From: Vibrio alginolyticus NBRC 15630 = ATCC 17749
Lineage (GTDB): Bacteria; Pseudomonadota; Gammaproteobacteria; Enterobacterales; Vibrionaceae
Direction of reading: 5' to 3'
DNA: 32,000 bases
Assembly: GCF_000354175.2 (NCBI RefSeq)
Contig: NC_022349.1
Coordinates: 2,910,001 to 2,942,000, forward strand
The notes under the pieces were generated by a model. That model was given only the letters and a program-made list of their open reading frames with translations, was not told where the DNA came from and searched no databases. Both the position numbers and the translations under genes were made by a program. Of the stretch, positions 31,009 to 32,000 are shown one piece after another (position 1 is the first letter of the stretch; each line of letters begins with the position of its first letter).

Positions 31009-31083
31009 TAGTTTTATTTTCACTTTTTCGAAAAGTGAAGACAAAAGCGGACGCTTGCTTATTAAAGCGAGTGATACCACTGC

Positions 31084-31160
31084 GGAGTGGTAGTTCAGTT
31101 GGTTAGAATACCGGCCTGTCACGCCGGGGGTCGCGGGTTCGAGTCCCGTCCACTCCGCCA
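31084..31160 (+). tRNA. tRNA-Asp (anticodon GUC)
   Basis: GGAGTGGTAGTTCAGTTGGTTAGAATACCGGCCTGTCACGCCGGGGGTCGCGGGTTCGAGTCCCGTCCACTCCGCCA; near-identical to E. coli tRNA-Asp. Confidence 0.95.
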
Positions 31161-31195
31161 CTTATTTGAGCGTCGTCTCAATAAACACGAATTAC

Positions 31196-31272
<77 letters not shown>

Positions 31273-31280
31273 TACTCTAA

Positions 31281-31309
31281 AGCCTCAGCAGTAATGCTGG
31301 GGCTTTTTT
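31281..31309 (+). terminator. Terminator of the rrn operon
   Basis: AGCCTCAGCA-gtaa-TGCTGGGGCT followed by TTTTTT. Confidence 0.8.
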
Positions 31310-31745
31310 GCATCTGAAGAAAAGAGAATCTGACTAGTTGGAGAGTTGTCGATTCCTCTCATACCAAAGTATCGGGGGATTGAAAGTTCATATCTCCGAG
31401 ATATTGGTCCACTTCACCTATCCCCCATGTTCATAAGCTCTGGCTTAGGTCAGGGGCTCTTTTATTCCTAACGTATAGTTTCGACGTTAGGTGTATGTTT
31501 ATCCAACGAATATGGCATACCTTTGCTTCAGATAGTTTTATTTTCTAGTAATGTAATTACTAAATGTTGATGTATCGCTTTGCTCTTTCTGTTTTACCTT
31601 CGAATTTCATAACACTTTTTCTTCGTTATCGAGCACATCTGATTCACAATCTATTGAAAGGTCAGTGGTTACATTGGCTTGGATGATTACTGACTTGGTT
31701 CCTGTTATCATCATGCATTAATGCTAATAATTAGGAAGTAAGTTT

Positions 31746-32000
31746 ATGCCACATTTTCGATTCCGTGCTGTAGAGCCACAAGCTGTTCAGGCATTATCAA
31801 AACCCCTTACGGATGAACTTCAGCCTCTAATGGACTGTCCGCGTGAGGATTTTACTTTTGAGTATATCTACACTACGTTTTTCAATGAGGGTGAGGTGAG
31901 TGCTGCATATCCTTTTGTCGAAGTGCTTTGGTTCGACCGTGGCCAGGAAGTGCAAGATGAAGTTGCCAAGCTTATTACGCAACAAGTGCGCGGTATCGCT
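31746..32000 (+). CDS. DUF1904-like (tautomerase-fold) small protein, 5' partial (runs off the window)
   Basis: ATG at 31746 after AGGAAG (31733-31738). 85 codons are open to the window end (MPHFRFRAVEPQAVQALSKPLTDELQ...YPFVEVLWFDRGQEVQD...). It is absent from the ORF track because no stop falls within the window. The family assignment is from memory. Confidence 0.6.
   Translation, partial: MPHFRFRAVEPQAVQALSKPLTDELQPLMDCPREDFTFEYIYTTFFNEGEVSAAYPFVEVLWFDRGQEVQDEVAKLITQQVRGIA

Noticed and set aside
31019-31039. 9-bp hairpin TTCACTTTT-tcg-AAAAGTGAA between 5S rRNA and tRNA-Asp, considered as an internal terminator.
   Set aside because: No T-run follows it on the plus strand, and the tRNA-Asp and tRNA-Trp genes with the strong terminator at 31281-31309 come after it. 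It is more likely a processing or spacer structure.

Overview
This window looks like a mostly core chromosomal segment of a Vibrio. The rRNA and protein sequences resemble the Harveyi clade, but that is recognition from memory, not a search.

Content from left to right:
- A short CstA-family transporter (-), with a 20-bp-phased octamer array upstream.
- A DUF2799-type lipoprotein and a 90-aa stefin/cystatin-like protein (+).
- Peptidoglycan-recycling genes murQ-anmK (-) and nagZ (+).
- aroF-tyrA (+) behind a perfect TyrR box.
- A PilZ gene followed by an M23 peptidase gene (-).
- ettA (-), slt-trpR (+) and yjjX (-).
- pheA (-), whose pheL leader/attenuator is split by an apparently intact 1,292-bp IS3-family element.
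- raiA, mltF and bamD (-), then rluD-pgeF and clpB (+).
- A complete rrn operon: 16S, tRNA-Ala(GGC), tRNA-Glu, 23S, 5S, tRNA-Asp, tRNA-Trp.
- The 5' part of a DUF1904-like gene.

I see no CRISPR array, prophage, defence island, secretion system or biosynthetic cluster, and no convincing novel multi-gene system. The observations most worth follow-up are:
1. The IS insertion inside the pheA attenuator.
2. The signal-peptide-less stefin-like gene.
3. The phased ACC(A/G)CTCA array upstream of the CstA-family gene.
4. The PilZ-M23 gene pair.
5. The unusual tRNA content of the rRNA spacer.

All functional calls rest on motif and family recognition and on hand inspection. No homology search, HMM or RNA-folding computation was run.
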